DNA of 60,934 nt, filler included, from Candidatus Omnitrophota bacterium (GTDB lineage: Bacteria; Omnitrophota; Gorgyraeia; Zapsychrales; Zapsychraceae), in assembly GCA_015233495.1 (NCBI GenBank). It is 4 parts of 4 records of this genome, joined end to end, with 100 filler letters (N's around TTAATTAATTAA, not from the genome) between each part and the next. Parts side by side here need not be neighbours in the genome. Positions count along the whole stretch, not along the records: positions 1 to 15,406 come from JADFXQ010000042.1; 3 more parts are not named here. One strand, written 5' to 3'. Shown in pieces: positions 1-9,979 of this stretch (its first letter is position 1; each line of letters begins with the position of its first letter). The translations under genes were made by a program, and so were the position numbers. Below the pieces are notes generated by a model. That model did no database searches. It saw nothing but the letters and a program-made list of their open reading frames with translations, and was not told the origin of the DNA.

Positions 1-713
1 GATTAAAATACACGTTATACAATTTTACGCTGAGCCGCAAAGGCGACGGCCCCGAAGAGTTTTTCAAGGGATATCGGGGATATTTTGTGTCAGACGCGTA
101 TGCCGGGTATAACGGATTGTTCAAGCCCGTTGCGGGGCAACCGTCGCTCATTATGAACTCAGCCTGTTGGACGCACGCCCGACGGTATTTTGTGGAAGCG
201 CAAAACACCGCGCCGCGGACGGCCACAGAAATCTTGACGATGATTGCGTTGCTTTACCGTATTGAGGCGCATATAAAGCACGACCCACCGGAAAAGAAAT
301 TTGTTGCCCGGCAAAAAGATTCGGCGCCGATCTTGGCGAAGATCAAGCCCTGGCTGGAAGGAAACTTAGCCGCGCATCTGCCGCAGTCGCCGATGCGTCA
401 GGCTATCGCGTATTCGTTGGGAATATGGAAAGAGCTGAACACGTATCTTCTTGATGGCCGCATTCCGATCGACAATAACCTTGCCGAGAATGCTATCCGG
501 CCGATCGCGTTGGGCCGTAAGAACTGGTTGTTCGTCGGCAGTGAGGCCGGCGGCCATACCGCGGCAGTGCTCATGACCTTCTGCGCCACGTGCCGCAAAA
601 ACAAGATCGATACATGGAAATATTTGAAAGACGTTCTTCAGCGAATTCAGGCTCATCCAGCCTCACGATTGCATGAGCTTTTGCCGGACCAATGGCAAGC
701 CGCACACCTATAA
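1..713 (+). CDS. tnpC: IS66 family transposase TnpC, C-terminal part (5' end lies upstream of the window)
   Basis: Motifs SDAYAGY, ACWTHARRYF, IDNNLAENAIRPIALGRKNWLF and C-terminal LHELLP are typical of IS66 TnpC. Confidence 0.95.
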   Translation, partial: LKYTLYNFTLSRKGDGPEEFFKGYRGYFVSDAYAGYNGLFKPVAGQPSLIMNSACWTHARRYFVEAQNTAPRTATEILTMIALLYRIEAHIKHDPPEKKFVARQKDSAPILAKIKPWLEGNLAAHLPQSPMRQAIAYSLGIWKELNTYLLDGRIPIDNNLAENAIRPIALGRKNWLFVGSEAGGHTAAVLMTFCATCRKNKIDTWKYLKDVLQRIQAHPASRLHELLPDQWQAAHL

Positions 714-769
714 AAAATTTTAGGTCTATTTTTTTTAAAAAAATTGTTGGATTTTCGCGGCGGGAGGAG

Positions 770-789
770 TGGATTCGCCGGACGGATAC
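770..789 (+). repeat. IS66 right terminal inverted repeat (copy 1)
   Basis: TGGATTCGCCGGACGGATAC just downstream of tnpC; matches 2929-2948 at 18/20. Confidence 0.85.
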
Positions 790-794
790 ATAAT

Positions 795-2114
795 TTATCG
801 AGCGAGGTACGAGAATTTTCCGGTCTGCCGGAAAAATATGGTCGGGTCGATGATAATGGCGTTTTTATTTAAGGGCGGAAGCGGAGCGTTTTCCGGCGAG
901 CTGGTGATTTGCAGGGTATAGGCTTTTAACCCAGTTTGGCTTCCGGTAAACAGATATTGAAATGTCCCGGTGTTAAGATCCGCGAGGATTTGTTTGATCC
1001 GGTATTGCGGGTCATTGATTTCGATAAGAATTCCGGAGACTAAACCGGGAAGATTATGCTGCCAGGTGGTGGTCATCATGCCGAATTCGTCCCAGCGGTG
1101 AATCGATCCGTCGATATCCGGGCGGATGAAATGAATCTGTTGGCCATAAGCGGTTAAATCAGCGGCGTGCAGTTTATTTTTAACGAAAAGATATTCTTCC
1201 CGGCTGAGTTGGACGCGGTATCGGTTGATGTTCTGGTTGGTCTGAACTACGCCCATCAGAAGGATCGCCGCGGCGATGAGCATGCAGAGCCGGATTTTAT
1301 ATTTTTCTGACAGGAGCGCGACCCATTGTTGCGCGGCCCAGAATACGGCGAACAAAAAAAGGGTCGTGAGTCCGGCGCTGCAACGGTAAAACGCGACCTG
1401 TCCGGTCATGACTAAGTTCGGAAGATAACTTAAAAGAACACTGGCCGCAAAAATTCCCGCCCAGAAAAACATCCTGGGCGCGTTGCCCGGATTTGCCGGA
1501 CGGTTGCCCCACAACCGGATTAAAGCGATTATTACGGCGCTGACCAGCAATAGTTTCATGACGATCGCGGCAAATTCGCTGGGAAAAATATTCCAAAAAT
1601 TTAACGCGTCGCGCACCGGTTCCCGGAAAAACCAATCCAATTGGCGGAAATAATCTTTTCGCGTTTCAAAAGCGTTATAACCTTCCTCGACGTATTGGAT
1701 CCCGTATTTTTTCACGGCTTGCAGGGCACAGCCATAAAGGCCCAAAGCGCCAAACCCAACGCCAAAATAGTCGATAGTTTTGCGTTTCAACTCGGTCCAA
1801 GACCCGTTTAAGCTCAGTAAATACAAAACACCCATTGCCCAATAAAACATAGCCGCGGCTTGATGCGTGGCAATCGCGCCAAAAAATATGAGGATGCTGA
1901 TTGGGGTCCATTTGTTGCGCAGACGGTCTTTGAGGACGGCGGCCGCCGGGATTTTGCTAACGGCCCAAATCGCGAATACGGCCAAGACAACGCCGAATTC
2001 GTCGAAGGTCATGCCGCCGTCCATGATAAAGGTTTCGGTTAATAGCTGGATTTGCGTTTTGAGGAAGGTGATTTCTTCGGCCGGGGTGGAAAATGTCATT
2101 TCCGTCGAGGTCAT
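795..2114 (-). pseudogene. Chimeric ORF: ~30 N-terminal residues of IS66 TnpC fused in frame to a 5'-truncated multi-TM membrane glycosyltransferase (GtrII/GT-C-like)
   Basis: Starts 32 bp after tnpB with a coiled-coil MTSTEMTFSTPAEEITFLKTQIQLLTE, where tnpC should begin, then switches abruptly to several hydrophobic helices and a soluble tail. Confidence 0.6.
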
Positions 2115-2145
2115 ACTTAAAATAATACCACTCTCCGACGGAAAA

Positions 2146-2541
2146 TCAAGCTTTTTCTTCGACTATTTTCAATTTTTCTCGTCGATATCGCGGCTGGCGC
2201 GACACAACCTCGGCTTTGATTCCCTCCAGCAAATGCACTAACTCTGTCCGGTCAATCGCCGCGCTGTCACCCGCAGGCAACTCGAACCGCCCAGCCTCCA
2301 AGCGCTTATACCACAGCGCGTAGCCGTCAAAATCCCAGTACAACACCTTAACCTTGCGCCGGTCCGCGCTTAAAAATATGAACCAACTGCCGCCCAACGG
2401 ATCTTCCCCAAGCTCTTCCACGACCATCCGCGCCAAACGGTCAAAACTGCGCCGCAGGTCGCAAGTCCCTCGGTATAAAAATATTCCGCCCCGACCCGCG
2501 GCCATCATAATGATCGAACGCCCGCCAGAACGCGTTCCCAT
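2146..2541 (-). CDS. tnpB: IS66 accessory protein TnpB
   Basis: DLRRSFDRL, FIFLSADRRKVKVLYWDFDGYALWYKRLEAGRF. Confidence 0.95.
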   Translation of the reverse strand: MGTRSGGRSIIMMAAGRGGIFLYRGTCDLRRSFDRLARMVVEELGEDPLGGSWFIFLSADRRKVKVLYWDFDGYALWYKRLEAGRFELPAGDSAAIDRTELVHLLEGIKAEVVSRQPRYRREKLKIVEEKA

Positions 2542-2864
2542 AACTCAATATCCGGGCTGTCGATCTGCACATAATAACCGCCGGGTGTGGTGATTCTTAA
2601 ACTGGAAAAATGCTTTGCCTGCGGACGAGGCAACGGCTCATTTTCGGCGGAATCGAACCGCATAAAACCCGCGGGGCCGGAAAGATCTTTCGTGACGACA
2701 GGCAACGATTTTAAATCATGAGAAAAATTAAATCGTTTACGCCGATCGTAAAAATTTCTCAGGCACAACCCCCGTTCCCGGCAGAAGACCGGGATACTTT
2801 GGCCACTTTCCTGCTGATCCTTAATTGCCCGACGCCATTTTAATTCGGTTTTTGCATGAGTCAT
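2505..2864 (-). CDS. tnpA: IS66 accessory protein TnpA
   Basis: W...QQESGQSIPVFCRERGL HTH-like motif; overlaps and precedes tnpB. Confidence 0.88.
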   Translation of the reverse strand: MTHAKTELKWRRAIKDQQESGQSIPVFCRERGLCLRNFYDRRKRFNFSHDLKSLPVVTKDLSGPAGFMRFDSAENEPLPRPQAKHFSSLRITTPGGYYVQIDSPDIELWERVLAGVRSL

Positions 2865-2950
2865 TGCCTATCTCCATCTTATGGTTGACGATGGAGATAT
2901 ATTACGCTATTTTATAATTCGCGCCAGATGGATCGGCCGGACGGATACTT

Positions 2951-3385
2951 AAAGGGTACAACATCATAAGAGAGCTTTTAACTAAAAAACACAAAGGCGT
3001 TATTTATATAGAAGAAATTGATCAAGATTTACCGTTGGTTACCGGTGAAAAGATCATGCTTGAGGAGGTTTTGGCAAATTTTTGCCAAAATGCCTATCAG
3101 GCTGTTCAGGATGTGCCCGGAGAGAAAAAAGTATTATTAAGAATACAGCGGTCGAATGGGGGATTTGTAAGGATAGAATTTATTGATAATGGATGTGGGA
3201 TCGCGGAACAGACTAAGGTCAAAATGTTTGAGGTTCCTACGACTACGAAGGGATCAGCCGTGGGCACTGGAATTGGGGTTTATAGGGTGCGGCAGATTTG
3301 TGAAATTATTAACGCGAAATGGGGTGTGGATTCTGATGGCAAAGGCAAAGGGGCCCGGGTATGGGTCGATTTATTAGTCGCGTGA
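2951..3385 (+). pseudogene. Histidine kinase HATPase_c domain, 5'-truncated by the IS66 end
   Basis: N-box NFCQNAYQA, G1 DNGCGI, TTK..GTGIG, GKGA. The frame is open back to the IS end with no H-box or sensor domain. Confidence 0.8.
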
Positions 3386-3396
3386 CCAGGAGCTAT

Positions 3397-3774
3397 ATGA
3401 CTCAAGAAAAAACGGCGTTAATTATTGAAGATGAAAAAGAAATTCGAGATATTTATGTTGATTATTGTGAATTTTTTAATATTTTCAAAGAAATTTATGT
3501 GGCGGGAACAGTTGAGGAAGCGCGGCAAATTATCCAAGTGAAAACGCCGGATATTATTTATCTGGATTTGGGTTTGGGTGGCGGTGGATTGGATGGGAAG
3601 GACATCCTTTTACCAGAGATGCGTACAATTTTACCTAACGGCAAAATAATTGTTTTATCTGCTTATAATGAATATAAAAATGAATGTATTGAAAAAGGAG
3701 CAGATGTTTTTATTGAGAAGCCCATTAGTGTTAAAGAATTTCGTGCGGCTGCTGAAGATAACCAAATATGTTAA
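3397..3774 (+). CDS. Single-domain response regulator (receiver only)
   Basis: LIIEDE, IIYLDL, VLSAY, IEKP; RBS AGGAG before ATG 3397. Confidence 0.9.
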   Translation: MTQEKTALIIEDEKEIRDIYVDYCEFFNIFKEIYVAGTVEEARQIIQVKTPDIIYLDLGLGGGGLDGKDILLPEMRTILPNGKIIVLSAYNEYKNECIEKGADVFIEKPISVKEFRAAAEDNQIC

Positions 3775-3899
3775 TTTATTGGGACGGAAGGATAGATTAA
3801 AAAAACTACTTGAATTTGAGAAATACGAAGTGTGGGTTGTTGAAATATTAATTAAATATAGTGACGAGAGCTTTCTTTATGAATTGATGAGGAGGCAAA

Positions 3900-4568
3900 A
3901 TGCCGACAATACGAGATCAGTATCACGATGTGGGAAATAAACTTAACAATATCCGGGTGACTGTGTCTTTTTTAAAAGATATTGTTGAATCGAAAAAATG
4001 GTTAGAAACGGAAGTGCAGTTTAAAAATAAGCTTATGGTGAATTTTGACGTTGTTGAAAGAGCGGTAATGGAGGCAAATCGCCAGATATTGGAAATAAAA
4101 AATATTCATTACCGTGGTACGAATCCGGACCAAAATATAAATGATGTTGTGCTGCAAATGATTTCTGAAAACAATAAAATGAGAATTTTGATTGTGGATG
4201 ATGAGGAAAATATATGTACAATATTAAAACAAAATTTTGAGCGTAATGGATTCGAAACTGACTGTGTTTCATCCGGTGAGGATGCGATTGAGAAAATTAA
4301 ATCTTCGTCGCCTCCGTCGATTATTTTATTGGATTTGTGCTTAAAAAGCGATGTGAATGGTTTGGAAGTTCTAAAATTTATTCAAAGCAATCAGCGAGAT
4401 ATCTCGTGCATTATTTTTACTGTGGAAGATGACCCGCGGGTGGGGCGTGAATTATTAGCCTGTGGCGCGAGTCATGTTTTAATTAAGCCCGTTGCAGTCA
4501 ATCAAATCAACGCGATCGTTAACAGCATCATTTCTAAATTTTACTATGGCCAACAGCACAAAATTTGA
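3900..4568 (+). CDS. Response regulator: N-terminal helical region (HDVGNKL, HisKA H-box-like) plus C-terminal receiver
   Basis: ILIVDDE, IILLDL, IIFT, LIKP; RBS GAGGAGG. Confidence 0.85.
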   Translation: MPTIRDQYHDVGNKLNNIRVTVSFLKDIVESKKWLETEVQFKNKLMVNFDVVERAVMEANRQILEIKNIHYRGTNPDQNINDVVLQMISENNKMRILIVDDEENICTILKQNFERNGFETDCVSSGEDAIEKIKSSSPPSIILLDLCLKSDVNGLEVLKFIQSNQRDISCIIFTVEDDPRVGRELLACGASHVLIKPVAVNQINAIVNSIISKFYYGQQHKI

Positions 4569-5025
4569 TATCGTTCTTTGGGAAAATATTGCTGCCAAGA
4601 AAATTCAGGTTCCCGATGAAGTCTGGGCTTATTGGGACAATCATTTCACGCAGATATTCGAAAAATTGGAAGTTAAAATAAACAGTTATTCGCAAAAAGA
4701 AATTCCGATTTCCGAGGGTTTTTGGATAGTCGATCAGGTGATTATTTTGGCTGGTGCCTTGAGGCGGGTTGTGGCCTCGCTTGATGACGGTTCCTACTTG
4801 GACAAGGCCCAGGATGAGGAAAGAATTATTTTGGAAACCAATGTGAAAAAATTAATGAATCATCATTTGGGCAATGATTTGTTGAAAATTTCCGGTACGG
4901 TTGAAAATTGTATCACTGGCCCGGGAGCTGGTCCAGTGCCGGCGGATTTGATTAAGACATTATTATCCGCAACCGGACAAATCAAAGATTTTCTTTTTAA
5001 ATTGAAAAGTCAGACGCGAGGTTGA
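4546..5025 (+). CDS. Hypothetical helical protein with H-box-like motif (NHHLGNDL)
   Basis: In an operon between receiver genes, overlapping the upstream stop. Confidence 0.65.
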   Translation: MANSTKFDIVLWENIAAKKIQVPDEVWAYWDNHFTQIFEKLEVKINSYSQKEIPISEGFWIVDQVIILAGALRRVVASLDDGSYLDKAQDEERIILETNVKKLMNHHLGNDLLKISGTVENCITGPGAGPVPADLIKTLLSATGQIKDFLFKLKSQTRG

Positions 5026-5028
5026 TCG

Positions 5029-5406
5029 ATGATAAACATATTGATTATCGATGATGAAAAAGATTGCTGCCGAATGGTTAAGGAATATTTGGAAGGATTA
5101 GGCTGTCATGTTGACGCGGTTTATAGCGGAGAACAAGGGTTAGCTTATGTTTCTTTGAAGATGCCGGACATTGTCATTTTAGATAATAAAATGGGGGGTA
5201 TGTCCGGTGTGGATGTTTTAAGAAGGCTAAAGGAAATCAAAAAAGAATTGGTTGTGATTATGGTCACAGTTGATATAGCATCGCAAAAGATTGCCAGAGA
5301 ATACGCGGTGGATGGATATATTCAAAAGCCATTTGATGTATATGCCCTCCGCGACATGATCTTGTCAAAAATCGGAACCATTATCGAGCGAAAGAAGGGG
5401 ACATGA
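5029..5406 (+). CDS. Single-domain response regulator
   Basis: ILIIDDE, VILDNKM, IMVT, IQKP. Confidence 0.92.
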   Translation: MINILIIDDEKDCCRMVKEYLEGLGCHVDAVYSGEQGLAYVSLKMPDIVILDNKMGGMSGVDVLRRLKEIKKELVVIMVTVDIASQKIAREYAVDGYIQKPFDVYALRDMILSKIGTIIERKKGT

Positions 5407-5798
5407 ACCATCCGGTGATCTTGATCGTCGATGATGAAAAAGAAACCTGCCAAATGTTGGCGGAATATATTCAAACCAGATTGGCGGGCGAGGTGGTCAT
5501 AAAAAGCAATGGGGATGCGGCGATCGATTTTTTAAACCGGAGTCCGGTGGATGTCCTGTTTCAAGATTTGCATATGCCGGGCTTAGGCGGATTCGCGGTG
5601 ATTGCAAAAGCCCAAGACCGGAACAAAGATTTGGGAATTTTCGTTATCACCAATTGGGAAGACCCGCAGTTCGCGAAGCAGATCGAAGCGTGCGGCGGCG
5701 TGTATATTCCCAAGCCTTTGTCTTTAAAAGTGGTTTTTATGCTTTTAGAGAAACACCTTAAGACGCGGGGGATGCTAAAGCGGCTGCCGGCAGGTTAG
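5403..5798 (+). CDS. Single-domain response regulator
   Basis: ILIVDDE, LFQDLHMP, FVIT, IPKP; ATGA overlap with the upstream gene. Confidence 0.92.
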   Translation: MNHPVILIVDDEKETCQMLAEYIQTRLAGEVVIKSNGDAAIDFLNRSPVDVLFQDLHMPGLGGFAVIAKAQDRNKDLGIFVITNWEDPQFAKQIEACGGVYIPKPLSLKVVFMLLEKHLKTRGMLKRLPAG

Positions 5799-6370
5799 GC
5801 AGGTTTGGGATAATGCACCACCAGGAGTTTAGCCGTCTGTTTTGGGGAATTATTTTCAAAATGGTGCAAGAGCGTGCAATCAAAGCCGTAACTTTCTTCG
5901 CTTTTTAAAATTTTCCGTTCCACCTGTATTCCGCCTTCCAGAACCAATTCCACCGTGCCTTTGATCACATAAATCCATTTTAAATTTATCGCGTGGTTTT
6001 TCGGGTCCTGTTCCTGGGAGGTGCGGCCGCCGGGCTTAATCACAATTCTGGTTGGGAGAAAGGGGATTTTGTCGTTCAATTTTTCCAGATAAGCTTTGTT
6101 ATTATAATGATAAATGCCTAAAGTTTTATTTTGGGCGCTCAATTCTTCTTCAGTTTCCGCGCGCAGATCAGATATGCTCATCCCCAAAACAGCGCCGAGC
6201 TGGAAAAGCAGCATTTCTTTAAACGGGGTTTCTCCCTGCAAGGCACGGACGAGATTGCGATAAGGAATCGCGTTGGCATCGAACAAATTGATCAATTCGC
6301 GATGCAGGGTCGCGATTTTTTTGTATCCTTTTTGCTCTAACAGCGCCATAATTTTTTTTCGTAGTTTCAT
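5795..6370 (-). CDS. XRE-like HTH plus cupin domain transcriptional regulator
   Basis: N-terminal helical region (LGAVLGMSISDL) and C-terminal cupin (WIYVIKG...FDCTLLHHFEN). Confidence 0.75.
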   Translation of the reverse strand: MKLRKKIMALLEQKGYKKIATLHRELINLFDANAIPYRNLVRALQGETPFKEMLLFQLGAVLGMSISDLRAETEEELSAQNKTLGIYHYNNKAYLEKLNDKIPFLPTRIVIKPGGRTSQEQDPKNHAINLKWIYVIKGTVELVLEGGIQVERKILKSEESYGFDCTLLHHFENNSPKQTAKLLVVHYPKPA

Positions 6371-6430
6371 AATTATCCCTTCGTTCGTTCTTCTCTAATT
6401 ATATATCAAAATAATCCAAAAGCAACAAAA

Positions 6431-6559
6431 AATATCGATATTCATAAAAAAGTTTTAAAAATGTCATTTTTTCAAATATTTGAAAATAAATAATTTATAG
6501 AAAAATAATTACAAAAATTGACATTTTTTGATAAATAAATTTGACAAATGTCAATTTAT
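6431..6559. promoter_or_regulatory. Divergent promoter/operator region with several palindromes
   Basis: AATATCGATATT (6431-6442), TTTTCAAATATTTGAAAA (6469-6486), TTGACA-AA-TGTCAA (6541-6554). Confidence 0.55.
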
Positions 6560-6845
6560 GTTTTATCTTTTCAGTGTCAAAAGAACCCAAAAATCGAATT
6601 ATTTGTCTTTCGGGTTGAAAAATGCTTCATTTTCCAATTTAAAAGTAACAAAGAAAGGAACAGAAAATATGATTCATAAAATCGGTTTATTGTATTTTAC
6701 CAAATGTCTGCTAAAAGCCGGATTTTTTTCTTTATTGATTAGTCCGGCAAACGTACAAACTGATTTTTCCGATACCGATGTCCCGGGCGACTGCTTTTCA
6801 GTCGGGCCTTGGGACCCGGGCAATCATTAAAGGAGGAGCATAACC

Positions 6846-7082
6846 ATGGACGTATTATTGATTTGGAACAATGGCCAAAAAACGGATATGAAAGTCTTGG
6901 TGCGAATGCATACGCGATATCTCCAGAATCAAATCCCGCGGTTGATCGCGGCAGGACGCGAAGCCGAGGCGTTTCGATTGTTGGTCAAGAAGGCGGAGGT
7001 GAGATCTTTTATTCCTCCGGGGCAAAAATTTTCGGTGCGTCCGCGTTTTACTTTGGTTGAAGATTTTCTGGCGGAAAAATAA
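6846..7082 (+). CDS. Small hypothetical protein
   Basis: Strong RBS AAGGAGGAG before ATG; 78 aa. Confidence 0.7.
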   Translation: MDVLLIWNNGQKTDMKVLVRMHTRYLQNQIPRLIAAGREAEAFRLLVKKAEVRSFIPPGQKFSVRPRFTLVEDFLAEK

Positions 7083-7105
7083 GAGAAAAAACGGCATTTG
7101 CCGGT

Positions 7106-7537
7106 TTATTTCCCGTCCGGCGTTGGCGGCTGGGGCATGACAGCCATAACGGCTTGACGCAGTTTTTCGAGTTGAGGCGACACCTTAGCTGGCTCGAGTT
7201 CTAGGGCGGACATCCAGGCAAAAGCGTCATGCTCCCGGCTGATTTGGACTTCGCCGGAAACCAAGGTGACGAGCATAAATAGATAGGCGATCCGATAGTC
7301 TTCCCGTTCCCATTCGCCGCAGCCGAAGACTTTTTCCAAGGACACCGTCAGTCCGGTTTCTTCCTGAAATTCTCGGACTAACGCGTCCGCAAAATTTTCG
7401 CCGGGGTCAACTTTTCCCCCGGGAAATTCCCAAAAAAGCGGTTGATTTTTACTCGCCGCGGCGCGTTGCAAGAGGAGAACCCGGTTTTGCGCGTCATATA
7501 AAATCCCGCGCACCGCCATATAAAAGGGTTTATTCAT
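7106..7537 (-). CDS. NUDIX hydrolase (MutT-like)
   Basis: Nudix box GGKVDPGENFADALVREFQEETGL. Confidence 0.93.
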   Translation of the reverse strand: MNKPFYMAVRGILYDAQNRVLLLQRAAASKNQPLFWEFPGGKVDPGENFADALVREFQEETGLTVSLEKVFGCGEWEREDYRIAYLFMLVTLVSGEVQISREHDAFAWMSALELEPAKVSPQLEKLRQAVMAVMPQPPTPDGK

Positions 7538-7608
7538 GATTTTTAAACGGCCGATTTTTATTTTTATTCTGGTAGTTAAGTAAAATATTTTAGCATAAAA
7601 TATAAAAT

Positions 7609-9948
7609 ATGCTTCCTAAAAATCAAAAAGAAGTTTGGCAAAATAACCGGGTATTTTTCCCCGCGATTTTTTTGGCGGCGCTGATCTTGCTGGCCGCGTA
7701 CGTTCGCTCCTTCAACGCGGCTTTTCATTATGACGACAATGCTTTTATAGTCGATAATCCGCACATTAAAAATTTGCGCGATATTTTATCGGCGGACAAA
7801 GTTTTGCCGGGCGGCGGCCGGTTTTTGGGCTTTGGCAGTTTTGCCTTGAATTATTATTTTCATCAAACGCGGGTTTTTGGTTATCATTTAGTCAATTTTT
7901 TGCTCCACGCCGCAAATGCCGTTTTGGCGGGATGTTTGGCGTATATGCTGGTGAAATTATGGGAGCGGCGGCCGAGCGATCCGACGAGAAGTTTGGCCGC
8001 GCCGACCGCTTTTTTTACCGCGGTTTTGTTCGCTTTGCATCCGGCGCAGACCGCGGCAGTGACCTATATTTCGCAAAGGTTCACGTCTTTGGCCTCGTTT
8101 TTTTATTTAGCGTCTTTGGGTTGTTATCTGCGGGGCCGGTTTTTCCGGCCCGGCCGCAAACGACTTTGGCTGACCGGGGCATTGGCGCTGGCCGGCGCGG
8201 GGATCGGCGCTAAAGAAATGACAGTGACTTTGCCTTTAGCCATCGGGCTGGTCGAAATTCTGCATTCCCGTCCGGAGCCGGGCACTGCCCGACCCCGGCG
8301 GGCAAATAAAAGTCTTTTGCCGCTTGGCTTATTAGCGGCCGCGGTGGTTTGGGTTTTATTGGCAACGGTTTTCAAAGGATATTTTACTGCGGTCTATCAG
8401 TCGGGTTCGCACGACGGCGAGCGGATCACCTTTGGGCCATACGTGTTGACGCAGTTGCGGGTCTGGGTGGTGTATTTACGGAATTTCTTTTTTCCGTTTT
8501 GGCTTAATGTGGATTATGATTTTCCTTTGTCCCGTTCGGTTTTCGACCCGGCGGTCTGGAGTTCGGCTCTGCTTTTAGCCGGGCTGGCCGCTGTTGCCCT
8601 GGTTTGGTCCCGCGATAAAAAAATCTTGGCGTTTTCGCTGTTATGGTTTTTCTTTGTCTTGTCCTGCGAAATGATCCCGCGGAAATTCTTGATTTTTGAC
8701 CACAAATTATATCTCCCGTCCGTCGGGCTGTGTCTGGGCTTGGCGTATGCCGTTCTGCTCTATCTGCCGGGGAAGCGGGCGGTTATATTGTTGTCGGCAA
8801 TCGTTTGCCTTTGGGCTGGGCTGACGTTTCAACGCAACTTGGTTTGGCAAGATGAGATTACGTTGTGGTCGGACGCTTTGGCCAAATCACCGGGAAAATA
8901 CGATCCGCATTTGAATTTAGGGATCGCTTATTTGCAAAAAGGCGATTATGACCGCGCCAAAATTTTGTTGGATCAGGCCGCGCGGATTTTGCCGGACGGC
9001 TATGGGGCTTATAATAATCGGGGGGTTTTGTATTTTCGGATAAAAAGGTATCCCGAGGCATTAGCGGATTTTAATCGGGCGCTCCGGCTCAATCCGCATT
9101 ATGCCAAAGCGTTTAATAACCGCGGCGCTTTATTCGCGGAAATGAAAGAATATGATAAAGCAGCCGCGGATTTTAGCCAAGCTTTGGCGCTGGCCCCGGG
9201 AGCGGTGCAAGTGTACCAGTCGCGGCAAAAAATTTTTCAACCGGCTGGCCGGGATGATTTGATTCTGCAGGATCTCGACCGGATATTGGCAGTCGATCCT
9301 TTTAACGCGTCCGCCTTGGCCAACCGGGGAATGATTTACGCAAAATTGGGCCAAGCGCGTCAAGCCATGGCGGATTTCAGTCAGGCAATAAAAATCAATC
9401 CTAAGTTGGGCGAGGTTTACATCAACCGGGGCGCGCTTTATCGCAAAGAGGGAGACCTGAGCGCCGCTTTGGCGGATTTTAATAAAGCGGTTGAAGTATT
9501 GCCCTGGCGGTCGGAATCGTATATGAACCGGGGCGGTATTTTCGCGGATCAGCAATCGTACGCTGCGGCTTTGCGGGATTATGGCACGGCTTTGCTGTTA
9601 GACAGCCGGGATGGAAAAATATATTACAACCGGGCTTTAGTTTACCGTCTGCTGGGCCGGTATCAGGAAAGTATCGCGGACCTAACCCAGGCCTTGGAAA
9701 TTGAACCGGGCAATTGGGGAGTTTTATCTCTACGCGCCACGATTTATGGTAAAATACAACAATGGAAATTGGCCATTGCGGATTTGGATCAGGTGATCCG
9801 GCAGGACCCGGCCAACGCCAAAGCATTTTTGAAACGTTCGCTGTGTTATCAGGCTTTAGGCCAAAAAGACCAAGCCAGGGTCGACGCTATAATGGCGCGG
9901 CATTTGGGCTTGAATGTGGAACCGGAATATTTGGAGCAACTGCATTAG
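7609..9948 (+). CDS. TMTC-like membrane glycosyltransferase (GT-C) with C-terminal TPR repeats
   Basis: FHYDD motif, YHLVNFLLH, LFALHP, KE, many TM helices, then ~9-10 TPRs (AYNNRG, A.ADF..A). Confidence 0.85.
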   Translation: MLPKNQKEVWQNNRVFFPAIFLAALILLAAYVRSFNAAFHYDDNAFIVDNPHIKNLRDILSADKVLPGGGRFLGFGSFALNYYFHQTRVFGYHLVNFLLHAANAVLAGCLAYMLVKLWERRPSDPTRSLAAPTAFFTAVLFALHPAQTAAVTYISQRFTSLASFFYLASLGCYLRGRFFRPGRKRLWLTGALALAGAGIGAKEMTVTLPLAIGLVEILHSRPEPGTARPRRANKSLLPLGLLAAAVVWVLLATVFKGYFTAVYQSGSHDGERITFGPYVLTQLRVWVVYLRNFFFPFWLNVDYDFPLSRSVFDPAVWSSALLLAGLAAVALVWSRDKKILAFSLLWFFFVLSCEMIPRKFLIFDHKLYLPSVGLCLGLAYAVLLYLPGKRAVILLSAIVCLWAGLTFQRNLVWQDEITLWSDALAKSPGKYDPHLNLGIAYLQKGDYDRAKILLDQAARILPDGYGAYNNRGVLYFRIKRYPEALADFNRALRLNPHYAKAFNNRGALFAEMKEYDKAAADFSQALALAPGAVQVYQSRQKIFQPAGRDDLILQDLDRILAVDPFNASALANRGMIYAKLGQARQAMADFSQAIKINPKLGEVYINRGALYRKEGDLSAALADFNKAVEVLPWRSESYMNRGGIFADQQSYAAALRDYGTALLLDSRDGKIYYNRALVYRLLGRYQESIADLTQALEIEPGNWGVLSLRATIYGKIQQWKLAIADLDQVIRQDPANAKAFLKRSLCYQALGQKDQARVDAIMARHLGLNVEPEYLEQLH

Positions 9949-9979
9949 CAAAGTCCATCATTGACAATTTACGGAGGGA

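Larger units (their letters stand above)
2025..2948 (-). mobile_element. IS66 element, left part only (IRL-tnpA-tnpB-tnpC'), truncated
   Basis: IRL at 2929-2948 (minus strand GTATCCGTCCGGCCGATCCA) followed by tnpA, tnpB and the tnpC start; left coordinate approximate. Confidence 0.8.

Noticed and set aside
3650..3940. 96-aa ORF or frameshifted extension of the first receiver gene
   Set aside because: The receiver is already complete at 3774; the alternative frame has no motif or RBS.
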